From NCBI GenBank assembly GCA_964521955.1, contig CAZFTX010000001.1:42386-106385 (forward strand): a DNA stretch of 64,000 nt, in the 5' to 3' direction. Numbering within the stretch: the stretch's first letter is position 1; each line of letters starts with the position of its first letter. This stretch comes from an uncultured Candidatus Saccharibacteria bacterium. GTDB taxonomy: Bacteria > Patescibacteriota > Doudnabacteria > UBA920. This document shows, piece after piece, positions 17,141-27,448 of this stretch. The notes beneath the pieces are model-generated. The model was not told where the DNA came from and made no database searches. It saw nothing but the letters and a program-made list of their open reading frames with translations. A program made the translations under genes and the position numbers.

Positions 17141-20100
17141 TAATCATCTAAAGATATATTTTGATTCACTACGCCTTGATTGTCTACTTTTATTATCTGA
17201 TTTTTCAACAAAATAACTTTATCTTCAACTGTCTGCATTACCCTAAGTATATATTCCCCTTTTGGCGCTTTTAAGAAAAATCTTCCTTTTTCATTTGTCA
17301 TTGCCTTACCCAATACAACAGAGGGGATTGATTTAGGACTAATCTCAATTATTAAGAAGTGTGTAGGATGATTTTGGCTAGTTAAGGAGCCCCAAAGTTT
17401 ACGATGTGGAATAAACCTTTTTAGAACAAATAATAACCCAAAAACACTCACAAAAATTAAGCCAAATAAATTTGGTTTCAACAACAGAGTCAGAAGGGAA
17501 AAACTTGCACTTCCCCAAAATATTATTTCAAGAATCACATGAAAGAAAGTTTCTAAACGTGGATGGAAATTTACATATTTTAACTTACCAGTCTGGTTCC
17601 AATCAAATGCTAAAGGGTCCATGGGAATATTCGGTGACAATACTTCCCCACTTTTTGTAATTTGCATTAATTCACCATGATATAAATTATCAAAAACCCC
17701 GTCCATTTTACCCAAAATCCTAACAGAAGGAAATTGATAATTGGTTTTTTTTGCTTTTATCAAAAAATTTCCTGGCTTATCCATAAAACCAAAACGTCCG
17801 CTTAAATCGGTTATGGCTTGCTCCGTAACTTTACCTGTTTCAAAATTTATCATTTCTACAATTACTGGATCCAAAGGCTGCTTAGTAACAGAGTCATACA
17901 CTGTACCCCAATAGCGACGTCTTCGTCTTAAACCAAAACTACTCATTAAACCTTGTAATGTCGCAACAATATGGAGCCAAAATTCGGTTAAATTGGTAAA
18001 GTTACCAAGCAACCCATATTTTGCCAAACTATATTCCATTACCAAAGAAGAAGGCGCTACAACCAAAGCAGAAACTGAAACTGCTAATTTTGTTTCAAAT
18101 TCTTGTAAAAATAAAGTACTTCCTTGTTTTAGAATTTTTTCTAAAGGTTGTATTGAAGTCTTGGAAACTGTAACTATTGTATCCTTAATAAAGTTGCCGG
18201 CGCTACTCAAACCTGAAACTAAGCCTTCTGAAACCGAAGCTACACTACTGGAAATGTTTTCAAATAAATTTGCTAAAGGTAGGTTGTTTGAAAGAGGCCC
18301 AGGACTAGCATCTGGCACTGGGGGAGTGTTTTGAGGAACCACCACTACAGGAGTTTCAATAGGTGGGTTTTCAATAACAACCACGGGAGGAGAAACTTGT
18401 GGCTCAACAACATTTACCAGTGCATCTTCAGCAGGTTCAACCAACACGCTAGCAAAACTTTCTACACTATTTACACCTCTCGTAACTTTAACTCTTATAG
18501 TATAAGCACCCGCTTTTGCAAAATTACAAACATTTCTATGAGTAACAAATTCGTTAGTTGTTCTTCGGGTTAACTCGTAAATGCCGTCATTTGTACAGTC
18601 ATACTCATAAGTAATTTGCCCTTTTGCTGTCCCAGAAACCGCAACTCTTAAACTTACGTTATTTAAAGGCTCCTCCCCAACCAATTTATCTGACCAAATC
18701 TTGCGATCCTTAGAAACAGTTAGTATAGCTGCTAAGGGCAAATTTTCAACCAAAGGAGGGTTAGGAGTTGGAGTTTTATCTTTAACCAAAAGCTGAATAC
18801 CGGAACTCACAGTTTGTTTTGCTTGCATTTGACTATTAAAATATTTTACATAAACTGTATAAAAACCAGCTCGACATGTTTTTTGTTCACACAAATTCCA
18901 CTGAGTGGACGTTGTGAATAATTGCAAAACCGCATTTTTAAAATCTGGCGTGTTTGAAATTGCCATATATGCAGTATCTGCGGTCGCTTGAAGAGTTAAA
19001 GTAGTTAGACTATCTACAGTTGTGCTCGCTCCAGCGTTTATAACTACACCAAATCCTCCCTCTAAAGGAGTTGGTACACCACCACCACCTCCGCCTCCTC
19101 CACCGCCTCCAGACCCTTCATCGTCTAAAGTGGAACAAGCAGCTGTTGACTGAGTTGTTGTTGAAGTGTAAGCAGTTTCTATATCACTACTGTTTCTAGC
19201 TTTAACTACAAAATCATATGAAGTACCACAAGTCAAGCCAGAAAAAATCTGAGATGTTGAAGAGCTCCAATCAGGACTAGTTGATGCAGTTGCATTTAAA
19301 ACATAGTATTCTGTCCCTGCCGGATTACTATTTGCATTCCACGAAGCAGTCAACTGTGTTTGAGAGTCTTGATTTAGACTTAAAGAAGTTGGTAAGTTTG
19401 CCAAAGTATAAATTGAAATTGTGACAGTAGAAGCATAATTACCGGCAACATCAAACACGTCGGCATAGAAGGTATAGGGAGTATTGGGAGTTAAGCCAGA
19501 AGAAAGCCAAGACAAAGCAGAAGTCGCGGAAGAATTTGTACCTGTAGTGGAGTTATTAAAAACGTAAGAAGCTGTTGCCAAACCAGACAAAGAATCCGAA
19601 GCTCCTGAAATTGTGGCCGTCAAAGAAGTTGGTGAGGTAGTTGCTAAAGTCAAACTACCTGCAGTAGGAACGACAGTGTCTAACTTAAAAGCAACCGCAC
19701 CAGAATTAGCTGTAGCATATGAAGAATTGGCTCCCAAATTATCTATAGTTTTCACTCGCCAATAATAACCATCTGAAGAATCGCTTAAAACCTGTCCAGT
19801 TGTACCCGTTGTGTAAGTTCCCGTACTGGTTGCTTGCCCAACTGTAAAACTAGCGCTACCTTGAGTCGCTGTTGCCGAAGTATAATCCAATAACAAAGTA
19901 GAAAAAGAGGAACTTGTAGAAATTTCAATCTTATATCGCACCGTATTGCCAACATCAGGGTCAGTAAGATTGAAAGTAAAAGTAGGAGTATTATCGTTTA
20001 TCCAACTTCCACCCACAACCGTTGATGGCCCAAGCGAAGTTGGGCTATTGGGTGCGTTATCAGAAATTAAGCTTAACTCTGGTAAATTTGCATACGAATC

Positions 20101-23100
20101 CAATACTGTCCCATCACTGTAAACCATCCTAAAATAATACGTTGCACCAAGTACGACATTACTTGGATCCAATACCCAATCATACTCTATATACTGTCCG
20201 GCATTTACCGCAAAAGGGTTTAAAGCTGTTGGATTCCCTTCCTGATAGGAACCTAAAATATCGGACGAAGGAAGTAAAACTGTAGAAATAGTTGTCGAAG
20301 AAGTTACTGAAGCATTATTATAAAAGTTCCATTGTGTACTGGTTGCACTTTGTTCCGTCTCAAAAGTACTGAAAATTCCTGCACCATTTTTATATTCTGC
20401 CTGTATCCAGCTTGGAGAGCGCACACTTGAAGAAAATCTTAATTCGTCAATTACTCCTGAAAAAAAGCCCATACCAGAAGCGCTGTTTGATCCAAAATAA
20501 TATCGGTCACCACCCGTCCAAAGCGTTGCTATAGAAGCAGCGGTTCCTTCTTCAACTCCGTTTAAATATACCCTCATATTTCCGCTGTTTTGTGCGACAG
20601 CTGTAACATAATACCAATTTGAAGGAGTTAATACGGTAGTTCCAAATACCGTTTTTGTTCCACCGTCAAAGGTATAAGATTCTATTGTGCCGGTAGCATT
20701 CATTCTCAACTGGTGTGACCAAGCAGCACCTGGTCCCGCGCTAGTAGTCCTCACAAAAATATTTATAGCAGTCGCATCAACCGGTTTAATCCATGCTGAA
20801 ATTGTATATGCAGTCGGATCCGTAGCATCGTTAATAATCACCCTATCATTGGAACCATCAAAATATTGTGCGCCATCCGAAATTTCAGTAGATGTGGCAT
20901 TTGGCTCAGTTGTTGAAAGCTTGGTTCCAATAATATTATTTGAAGTTGAGTCGTCTATAGTAGTGGTTGCAGTAGTGTCGTTTAAATGATGGACAAATCT
21001 AAAACCGCTATCCCATACCCCAGTCGTTGTAGAATTATCTGTCGCTCCCGGATTGTTATAATACATCCAAATATAATCGGTACTTGAAGCGCTACTAATT
21101 TGCGGAACTTTTACCCATACTGTTGAAGTTGAAGTTTCGTCCCATTTTTCAATTTCATAATTCAATAGAGTTGACCCGTCTGAGTCAACAAAACGAATAT
21201 CTTGTCCACTGTTTTGGGTTTTACTGTAATCAATATTACTACTTTCATTTAAATTAACCAGTACAGGAAAATCTGTTAAATTTTCGGTTGCAGAAGAATT
21301 ATTAAATACAATTTTCCTTCTATTTAACCAACTGTGGTCATACCATTCATCCGGATTTATACTAACATCGTTCCAATTTGAATTCGTGTATGACGAAACC
21401 TGAAGTTTAAAATTTGAAGTTGTAGTTGATAAATTATAATCGCTAACTAATAAATTCATTCTAAGCCTAATAGGACTTGATGTAGAAATTATTACCACAG
21501 ACGAATTCAAAGCACCTATATCTACTGTTGGCTGTAATTGGTTAATATTTTCATAAAATCTATAATCTCCTTGAGAAATAACCGCTTCAAAAATCCAGCC
21601 CTCATTATTACCCGAATCTGTTGAGTAAGTGCTTTGAGCATTAATATCTGAAGCATTGATATTGTAGGAATCTTTAACATCCAAATAAGAAATGCTTTCT
21701 GTGGCCTGCGAGTCTATCCTGGCTTGGGTGCCTGAGGCAGTACTTCGGATTGATAATACTCCCCCGCTTGCGCCGGTTAAAGTTAAGGTATTGGCAATCG
21801 TCTGAGTAGAAGTTGCGCTAAAGTACAGTGTAGCGGCCGTGGTGCTAGATTTGGTTAAATTATAATAAGTGGAAGTTCCAAAAATATATTGGTCAACGCC
21901 ATTTAAGTTAACAGTACCGTTATTATGGGTAAAGGTACTGGCGTCATTAAAAAAGTTTCCGGCAATATTCAAAGTAGAGGAAGTAGCTGTATAAGTCCCG
22001 CCACCAGATAAAGTCAAATGTTTATAATTGTAGTCTTTTATACTGACACTACTAGAAGTTGAATAAATGGCAGTTGAACCGCTTTGAAATTCTGGATAGG
22101 AACTATTAGTAGTAATAGTCTCCCCTCCCTGAAGTTTAAAAGTACCTCCGTCTTGAACTATTAATGTCCCGGAAGAACCGTTAACTGTAAGATTATATCC
22201 GTTAATATTAAAAGCACCCTCTACTATATTCAAGTCCTGCGAAGCTGCATCTAAAGTCAAAGCTGAGACTAACTGGACTTCGCCCCCTGATTTGTTAACA
22301 GTAATATCCCCATTGAAAATCCCTGTCGCACCAGTAAGATCAAATGTTTGTGTCGCTGAACCACCAAATGTTAGGGCTGTAGTACCGCCGTCAAAACCAG
22401 ACAAAATCCGAACACTCCCCCTTGCTTCCACGGTACCTGTATTCAAACTTCCGTCGGATAAAATTAAATCACCAGTAGCAACTAAAGTGTCATCAGAAGT
22501 AATTGTCCTAGAATAATTTCCCACTGAATTGTTAAACTGGAGTCTTTCAAAAGTCTGACTAGAATTAATATTAATAATACGACCACCTCCATCAGCGGGT
22601 CCAAAAACTGTAGATGAAGCGGAAACAAAAGTTCCCCCAGAAATTGTAAAGTAATCAGTAAAAGTTGTGGTGCTATTGCTACCCACAAAAGAACCGCCAG
22701 ATAAAGTAAAAGAACCAGAAAGTGTAAAAGTATAATTTCCTTGAGTATAAGTCCCGGCCGCCTGCTCCCAACTACCAGAGCCACCACTTCCAATAGTAAC
22801 AGCATAATTTCCAGCATTAGAAATTGGTATAGTACCCAAAAAATCAGGGGTAGTAGTAACACCAAAAAGAGAACTTGCCGTATTAAATAATATAGTATCC
22901 GTTGCGTCCGCTGCACTATTTAATCTTACTATCAAACCCGAACCTCCACTCAAAGACAAAGTTTGATTGACACTATCATTACCAAAATCCAAAACTGTTG
23001 TACCCCCGTCAAATGTAGAAGATTGATAAATATTACCCCTAACATCGACAGTGCCTGTATTCAAACTTCCGTCGGATAAAATTAAATCACCAGTTACAAT

Positions 23101-25749
23101 TAAAGTATCCCCTGATGTAATTGTTCTAGAATAATTTCCCACTGAATTGTTAAACTGGAGTCTTTCAAAAGTCTGACTAGAATTAATATTAATAATACGA
23201 CCACCTCCATCAGCGGGTCCAAAAACTGTAGATGAAGCGGAAACAAAAGTTCCCCCAGAAATTGTAAAGTAATCAGTAAAAGTTGTGGTGCTTGACCCTC
23301 CAACAAAAGTTCCGGAAGCCATTGTAAAATTTCCAATAACAGTAAAAGTATACCCATTTCCCTGAGTAAGCGTACCTGTATAACCTGCGGACATTGTAAG
23401 GCCGGCTATTGTGGTTGTGGTTGCTATTGTCGGACTACAATTAGTTACACAAGTATTGTCAAAAGTTGCTGTATCAGATGAACCAGGCACAATGTCACTA
23501 GACCAATTAGCCGCTGTTGTCCACTGAGCATCTCCACCTCCTCCGTCCCAAACGTATGCCGCATTAAAAGCTTCTGCACTCGCATCGCCGAATTGAAAAT
23601 TGAGTTTATGATTTGCGGTCCGCAAATCTAAATGAGAAACAGTTGCCACTTCACTACAATTCCAGTTTGGATAAAAAATTATATCCCCTTCTAAGATTTG
23701 TGCTCCACTAGTCCTATCTTCTTCACCACAAGTTAAAGTTGCAAACTGCATGTCATTTACAGTAGCCTGGTCCGCTGGAGTAATAATTAAATTTTCAGTA
23801 CCAACAGTTGTAAAATCTACATTCCAATATTCTCCCGCCACCGGTTGGGAGTGAATATTTAAAACTTGTATTTCTACTGTTGGGTCAACCACTACAGGAT
23901 AAACTGCTGTTTTTAGCCAGTTTTTATCTGGAGTCAAAGTAAGTAAATTTTTATTTACAGCAAACTTTAAACTCTTACTAATCTCACCTTCACTGTCAAT
24001 CATGTAAGGAGCAGACAAAACATATAAGAGTTTTAAAGACTTTCCTTTATACCCTTTTTCATAAAGTTGAATTTTTGAATCAGACTCCTGTATATAATCA
24101 AATTCATCTAAATTCAATAAATACCTAAAACGACTCGGGTGGTTTTTATTTTTTAAAACAATTGCTTCTTTCAAGCCCGACTCAGTTATCTCATATTCCA
24201 CATCTGTGTTTAAAAATGCTTCTTTATATGCAACTTTGTTATCAAGCCTCTCAGCAGTTGTAGAAGGCCTAGTGCCTGCCATTACCATCTGTAGTTTAGG
24301 AGATTGGTTCAAAGTGTTATTCCCAGAAAAAACAATTGGATTATCCAAATTTCCTGGCAAACTTAAATCCAAAGCCTCATTGGAAAATGACATCTTCAGA
24401 AACCCTTCGGGATCAAGCAACTTCGGAGACATCTCCAAGAGCTCGGTGTCAGTCAATTCACCCTTTTCTTGTTCATATCTAGTTTCCAACCAAACAGAAT
24501 CTAGAAAGAGTAAATCTTGGTTTTCACCTTTAAATTCAAAAGGTAACTGGTAAGAAAGTCTAATTTTCAACTCCGATACAAATTCAAAGAGTGCTTTTGA
24601 TAATGGTATATTAATAAACCCATTGTTCTGCAAATTCGAAACTCCTTTAGTTAAATCTATCTCAACCAATGACTGCCAAGTCGTGCTGGTAGTTTGATAT
24701 TCAACCAAAAGAACCGCTCCCGGCGTTTTTTTAGAAGCTAACGATAAATTTAAAGCAAAGCTTGAAAGAGTTTCGAAATCAAGTAAAGATAAATCTTGTG
24801 AGGAAAAATTAAAATATTCCAGTTTTGGAGAAGAAATTTTAGAATAAGTCTGTATTGGATCAGACTGCTTTTCAGGAATTATTTCTGAATCTTTATCTAA
24901 GATTATTTCCGGATTATTTAATTCACTAATTAAATTTTCAGATTGTGGTGTTGAAGTAGTAATTATTTCTTGAGTAGTGGTAGAAAGAAGTAAGTCATCA
25001 TAAACCAAATTGGTCTCGGTTGATGTTGGAGTTTTTCCAAAACTTTCATTTTCTGAATCACTTAATTCATCAGCGTTTTCTGAAACTAATGCTTTAAATT
25101 TTTGATTGGTTGAAAATAAATCTTTATCATAAAAATTTGTCGTTGTAGAATTTCTCTGTTCCTCAATTTGGGATACAGGTTCTTCTTTTTTATTTTCAAC
25201 ATCTAAATCTGTTTGTACCAAAATAATTTCTTGTGTCCATGCTGTTATTTCTGTTGAGCTACTTTTTACTTCCCCATCTGTTATCTTTTTTTGTTCTTCT
25301 GAAGTTTTATTTAGAGTTGGATCCTTTAATTCAGTTTTTAAATTTTCAGTTTCTAAAACACTGTCCATACTTGAAGTAGACAAAGGAATTTCTAAAGGTT
25401 CAGAAATTTGATTTTCTATTCCATTTTTAAAATTAAGAACCGTAGAATTAAAATCAGTAAACTCACTTAAAGACTGTTCTGGTCCTAAGTCGTTTTTAAA
25501 TGCCTGATTTGGATTTATCCATGAAAGTGTGGAAAGTGTATCTGTTGCAGTTATTGTTACTGAGCCTTTGGGAAAATATTGTTGAATAACAATATTACTT
25601 TCTAAAATTTCCGCATCTTTCAAAGCTTCGTTTGAAATTACCGAGGCAGCAAAAATTTGAGTCGGTATTGAAAATACAAGTAAAAAAATTACAAAATTTT
25701 TACATGTTGTAATGAATGTTTTTTTAATTTTATTTAGAATTATTTTCAC
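17140..25749 (-). CDS. giant secreted/surface protein (2869 aa) with LamG/concanavalin-like domain, beta-rich repeats and a C-terminal membrane-anchor module
   Basis: N-terminal signal peptide. Two near-identical internal repeats of about 100 aa. A LamG-like segment (…WYYVTAVAQNSGNMRVYLNGVEEG…IDELRFSS). A poly-Gly linker. The C-terminal ~350 aa contain CarboxypepD_reg-like domains plus TM helices, homologous to ORF 30924..31868. Confidence 0.85.
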   Translation of the reverse strand: MKIILNKIKKTFITTCKNFVIFLLVFSIPTQIFAASVISNEALKDAEILESNIVIQQYFPKGSVTITATDTLSTLSWINPNQAFKNDLGPEQSLSEFTDFNSTVLNFKNGIENQISEPLEIPLSTSSMDSVLETENLKTELKDPTLNKTSEEQKKITDGEVKSSSTEITAWTQEIILVQTDLDVENKKEEPVSQIEEQRNSTTTNFYDKDLFSTNQKFKALVSENADELSDSENESFGKTPTSTETNLVYDDLLLSTTTQEIITTSTPQSENLISELNNPEIILDKDSEIIPEKQSDPIQTYSKISSPKLEYFNFSSQDLSLLDFETLSSFALNLSLASKKTPGAVLLVEYQTTSTTWQSLVEIDLTKGVSNLQNNGFINIPLSKALFEFVSELKIRLSYQLPFEFKGENQDLLFLDSVWLETRYEQEKGELTDTELLEMSPKLLDPEGFLKMSFSNEALDLSLPGNLDNPIVFSGNNTLNQSPKLQMVMAGTRPSTTAERLDNKVAYKEAFLNTDVEYEITESGLKEAIVLKNKNHPSRFRYLLNLDEFDYIQESDSKIQLYEKGYKGKSLKLLYVLSAPYMIDSEGEISKSLKFAVNKNLLTLTPDKNWLKTAVYPVVVDPTVEIQVLNIHSQPVAGEYWNVDFTTVGTENLIITPADQATVNDMQFATLTCGEEDRTSGAQILEGDIIFYPNWNCSEVATVSHLDLRTANHKLNFQFGDASAEAFNAAYVWDGGGGDAQWTTAANWSSDIVPGSSDTATFDNTCVTNCSPTIATTTTIAGLTMSAGYTGTLTQGNGYTFTVIGNFTMASGTFVGGSSTTTFTDYFTISGGTFVSASSTVFGPADGGGRIININSSQTFERLQFNNSVGNYSRTITSGDTLIVTGDLILSDGSLNTGTVDVRGNIYQSSTFDGGTTVLDFGNDSVNQTLSLSGGSGLIVRLNSAADATDTILFNTASSLFGVTTTPDFLGTIPISNAGNYAVTIGSGGSGSWEQAAGTYTQGNYTFTLSGSFTLSGGSFVGSNSTTTFTDYFTISGGTFVSASSTVFGPADGGGRIININSSQTFERLQFNNSVGNYSRTITSDDTLVATGDLILSDGSLNTGTVEARGSVRILSGFDGGTTALTFGGSATQTFDLTGATGIFNGDITVNKSGGEVQLVSALTLDAASQDLNIVEGAFNINGYNLTVNGSSGTLIVQDGGTFKLQGGETITTNSSYPEFQSGSTAIYSTSSSVSIKDYNYKHLTLSGGGTYTATSSTLNIAGNFFNDASTFTHNNGTVNLNGVDQYIFGTSTYYNLTKSSTTAATLYFSATSTQTIANTLTLTGASGGVLSIRSTASGTQARIDSQATESISYLDVKDSYNINASDINAQSTYSTDSGNNEGWIFEAVISQGDYRFYENINQLQPTVDIGALNSSVVIISTSSPIRLRMNLLVSDYNLSTTTSNFKLQVSSYTNSNWNDVSINPDEWYDHSWLNRRKIVFNNSSATENLTDFPVLVNLNESSNIDYSKTQNSGQDIRFVDSDGSTLLNYEIEKWDETSTSTVWVKVPQISSASSTDYIWMYYNNPGATDNSTTTGVWDSGFRFVHHLNDTTATTTIDDSTSNNIIGTKLSTTEPNATSTEISDGAQYFDGSNDRVIINDATDPTAYTISAWIKPVDATAINIFVRTTSAGPGAAWSHQLRMNATGTIESYTFDGGTKTVFGTTVLTPSNWYYVTAVAQNSGNMRVYLNGVEEGTAASIATLWTGGDRYYFGSNSASGMGFFSGVIDELRFSSSVRSPSWIQAEYKNGAGIFSTFETEQSATSTQWNFYNNASVTSSTTISTVLLPSSDILGSYQEGNPTALNPFAVNAGQYIEYDWVLDPSNVVLGATYYFRMVYSDGTVLDSYANLPELSLISDNAPNSPTSLGPSTVVGGSWINDNTPTFTFNLTDPDVGNTVRYKIEISTSSSFSTLLLDYTSATATQGSASFTVGQATSTGTYTTGTTGQVLSDSSDGYYWRVKTIDNLGANSSYATANSGAVAFKLDTVVPTAGSLTLATTSPTSLTATISGASDSLSGLATASYVFNNSTTGTNSSATSALSWLSSGLTPNTPYTFYADVFDVAGNYASTVTISIYTLANLPTSLSLNQDSQTQLTASWNANSNPAGTEYYVLNATASTSPDWSSSTSQIFSGLTCGTSYDFVVKARNSSDIETAYTSTTTQSTAACSTLDDEGSGGGGGGGGGGGVPTPLEGGFGVVINAGASTTVDSLTTLTLQATADTAYMAISNTPDFKNAVLQLFTTSTQWNLCEQKTCRAGFYTVYVKYFNSQMQAKQTVSSGIQLLVKDKTPTPNPPLVENLPLAAILTVSKDRKIWSDKLVGEEPLNNVSLRVAVSGTAKGQITYEYDCTNDGIYELTRRTTNEFVTHRNVCNFAKAGAYTIRVKVTRGVNSVESFASVLVEPAEDALVNVVEPQVSPPVVVIENPPIETPVVVVPQNTPPVPDASPGPLSNNLPLANLFENISSSVASVSEGLVSGLSSAGNFIKDTIVTVSKTSIQPLEKILKQGSTLFLQEFETKLAVSVSALVVAPSSLVMEYSLAKYGLLGNFTNLTEFWLHIVATLQGLMSSFGLRRRRRYWGTVYDSVTKQPLDPVIVEMINFETGKVTEQAITDLSGRFGFMDKPGNFLIKAKKTNYQFPSVRILGKMDGVFDNLYHGELMQITKSGEVLSPNIPMDPLAFDWNQTGKLKYVNFHPRLETFFHVILEIIFWGSASFSLLTLLLKPNLFGLIFVSVFGLLFVLKRFIPHRKLWGSLTSQNHPTHFLIIEISPKSIPSVVLGKAMTNEKGRFFLKAPKGEYILRVMQTVEDKVILLKNQIIKVDNQGVVNQNISLDD
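22425..23300. repeat. intragenic direct repeat: two ~265-bp copies (22425-22690 and 23035-23300), essentially identical, period ~610 bp
   Basis: Read directly: identical stretches including ...tcccactgaattgttaaactggagtctttcaaaagtctgactagaattaatattaataatacgaccacctccatcagcgggtccaaaaactgtagatgaagcggaaacaaaagttcccccagaaattgtaaag... occur twice. They also produce identical spurious antisense ORFs. Confidence 0.8.
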
Positions 25750-26147
25750 TCTTTATGTCTGTAAAAGTTTATCTAAATTTTAAACAATTTTCTCATTTAA
25801 TATATTAATTATGTCATAAAATAATAACTTTTACTGACTAATTTTAATTTGTTTTTTACATTATTTAAAACAATTTTTACATGAAACCAATAAATATTAT
25901 TTTTTAAAATACTTTTAATATTTTACTATGAAAAAGTATAGAAATTATTTAATTTACACCACAAGGTTTTCTTAGATATTTTTTAGAAAATCTCAAACAA
26001 TTATATACAATATATGAAACACGATTTTTCTATAATTTTTACTACATATTAATCATTTATTAGAACATTATTATTGCGAATTATCCACAACAAAAAAACG
26101 CCCTTCCTTAAATGTAAGAAAGGGACGTTTTTTATATAAAACTTAAT

Positions 26148-26831
26148 TTAGAGTTTAATTTTTACCCCAGGGCCCATAGTAGAGTTCAAAGTAATAGAGG
26201 CTATAAACTGACCTTTAAAAGCTGCTGGTTTAGAAGCCATTAAGGCTGAATAAAAAGCTTTTAAATTTTCTAATAGCTTTGAAGTTTCAAAATCGCTTTT
26301 ACCAATAATCTGATGAATGTTACCTGAGTCATCGTTTTTAAAGTTTACTTTACCACCGGCAATTTCCTTTACCAACTCTGCTATATTCTCCCCTACCGTT
26401 CCGGTTTTAGGGTTTGGCATTAGACCCCTAGTTCCTAAAATCTTGGCGATCTGTGCCAATTTTGGCATCATCGCAGGTTCTGCAACGGCTACTTCAAAGT
26501 CAGTCTTTTCAGTTTCTTTAATAGTTTTAACCAACTCTTCGCCACCTACCAAGAAGGCTCCGGCTGCCTTAGCTTCTTTTTCCTTACTTTCGGTAACGAA
26601 AGCCGCTACCTTTTTTGACTTACCTGTTCCGTTTGGAAGCTTGGCTGTACCTCTTACGGCTTGTTCGGTTTTTTTAGCTTCAATGTTAGTTCTGACATGA
26701 ACTTCTATACTACCTACAAACTTAGTATTTGCAGTTTTTTTTGCTAACTCAATACCTTCTTCTGCGCTGTAAACTTTTTCACTGTCAACTAACTCATTGT
26801 TCGCTTTAACTCGCTTTGCTAACTTTGTCAT
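26148..26831 (-). CDS. rplA: 50S ribosomal protein L1
   Basis: 227 aa; GTRGLMPNPKTGTV and the L1 fold signature. Confidence 0.9.
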   Translation of the reverse strand: MTKLAKRVKANNELVDSEKVYSAEEGIELAKKTANTKFVGSIEVHVRTNIEAKKTEQAVRGTAKLPNGTGKSKKVAAFVTESKEKEAKAAGAFLVGGEELVKTIKETEKTDFEVAVAEPAMMPKLAQIAKILGTRGLMPNPKTGTVGENIAELVKEIAGGKVNFKNDDSGNIHQIIGKSDFETSKLLENLKAFYSALMASKPAAFKGQFIASITLNSTMGPGVKIKL

Positions 26832-26963
26832 ATATTTTTTCCTTCGTGGTATTCGATCTTAAAGATCTCCCACAAATTAATAATTCTTAATTTAATTAAT
26901 TATTTGATTGAATGATTAAATTTTAACAACCTTGTTAATCTTGATCATTCATAGTCAATTGTT

Positions 26964-27332
26964 TTAAACTTCTTTTCTTGCCATTTTCCAATGAAAATAC
27001 CAAACCGGTGTTGCAACCAAAAGCATTGCTAAAGCTTGAGCGGCATCTCTTTGTTTTTGAGAAGAACGTCTTTCTTTAGCTTCTTTTTCGTAAGTAGCCT
27101 TTTCATCTGCCGTACATTCAACCGACTCTCCTGTCATTGAACCTTCTATTTTAACCGGTACACTCCTGGACATACATGGACCATAGTAATAATCCAAAGT
27201 ATCAGCTTTTGTAAACACCCAAGTCTTAAGCGCCATATTAAGAAGCATAATAGCTCCTACTACTGCAATTATTAAAGAAATAACTGAAACTAAATAGAGA
27301 TATGCTTTTTTGAGGGACATAAAAGTCTCCAA
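26964..27332 (-). CDS. hypothetical membrane protein (two TM segments)
   Basis: 122 aa with N- and C-terminal hydrophobic helices. Adjacent to the SPFH gene; not a recognisable NfeD. Confidence 0.4.
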   Translation of the reverse strand: METFMSLKKAYLYLVSVISLIIAVVGAIMLLNMALKTWVFTKADTLDYYYGPCMSRSVPVKIEGSMTGESVECTADEKATYEKEAKERRSSQKQRDAAQALAMLLVATPVWYFHWKMARKEV

Positions 27333-27448
27333 ATTATTCTAATTATACTAATTGACCTAAATAAACTCTCAAACTATTAAATTCCAATTTAATATTTGGG
27401 TTTGATATTCTTTTAAAAATAGGTTAATTAAAATTAGAAATTTAATAA

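Noticed and set aside
19081-19120. Gly13 run in the giant protein as a possible simple-sequence contingency locus
   Set aside because: It is encoded by mixed GGN codons (cctccaccaccacctccgcctcctccaccgcctcc), not a homopolymeric or short-unit DNA repeat. Slippage is unlikely.
22482-23357. Antisense ORFs 22482..22916 and 23100..23357 (Leu-rich) inside the giant gene
   Set aside because: They are antisense to a continuous 2869-aa ORF. Their identical sequences only reflect the internal nucleotide repeat.
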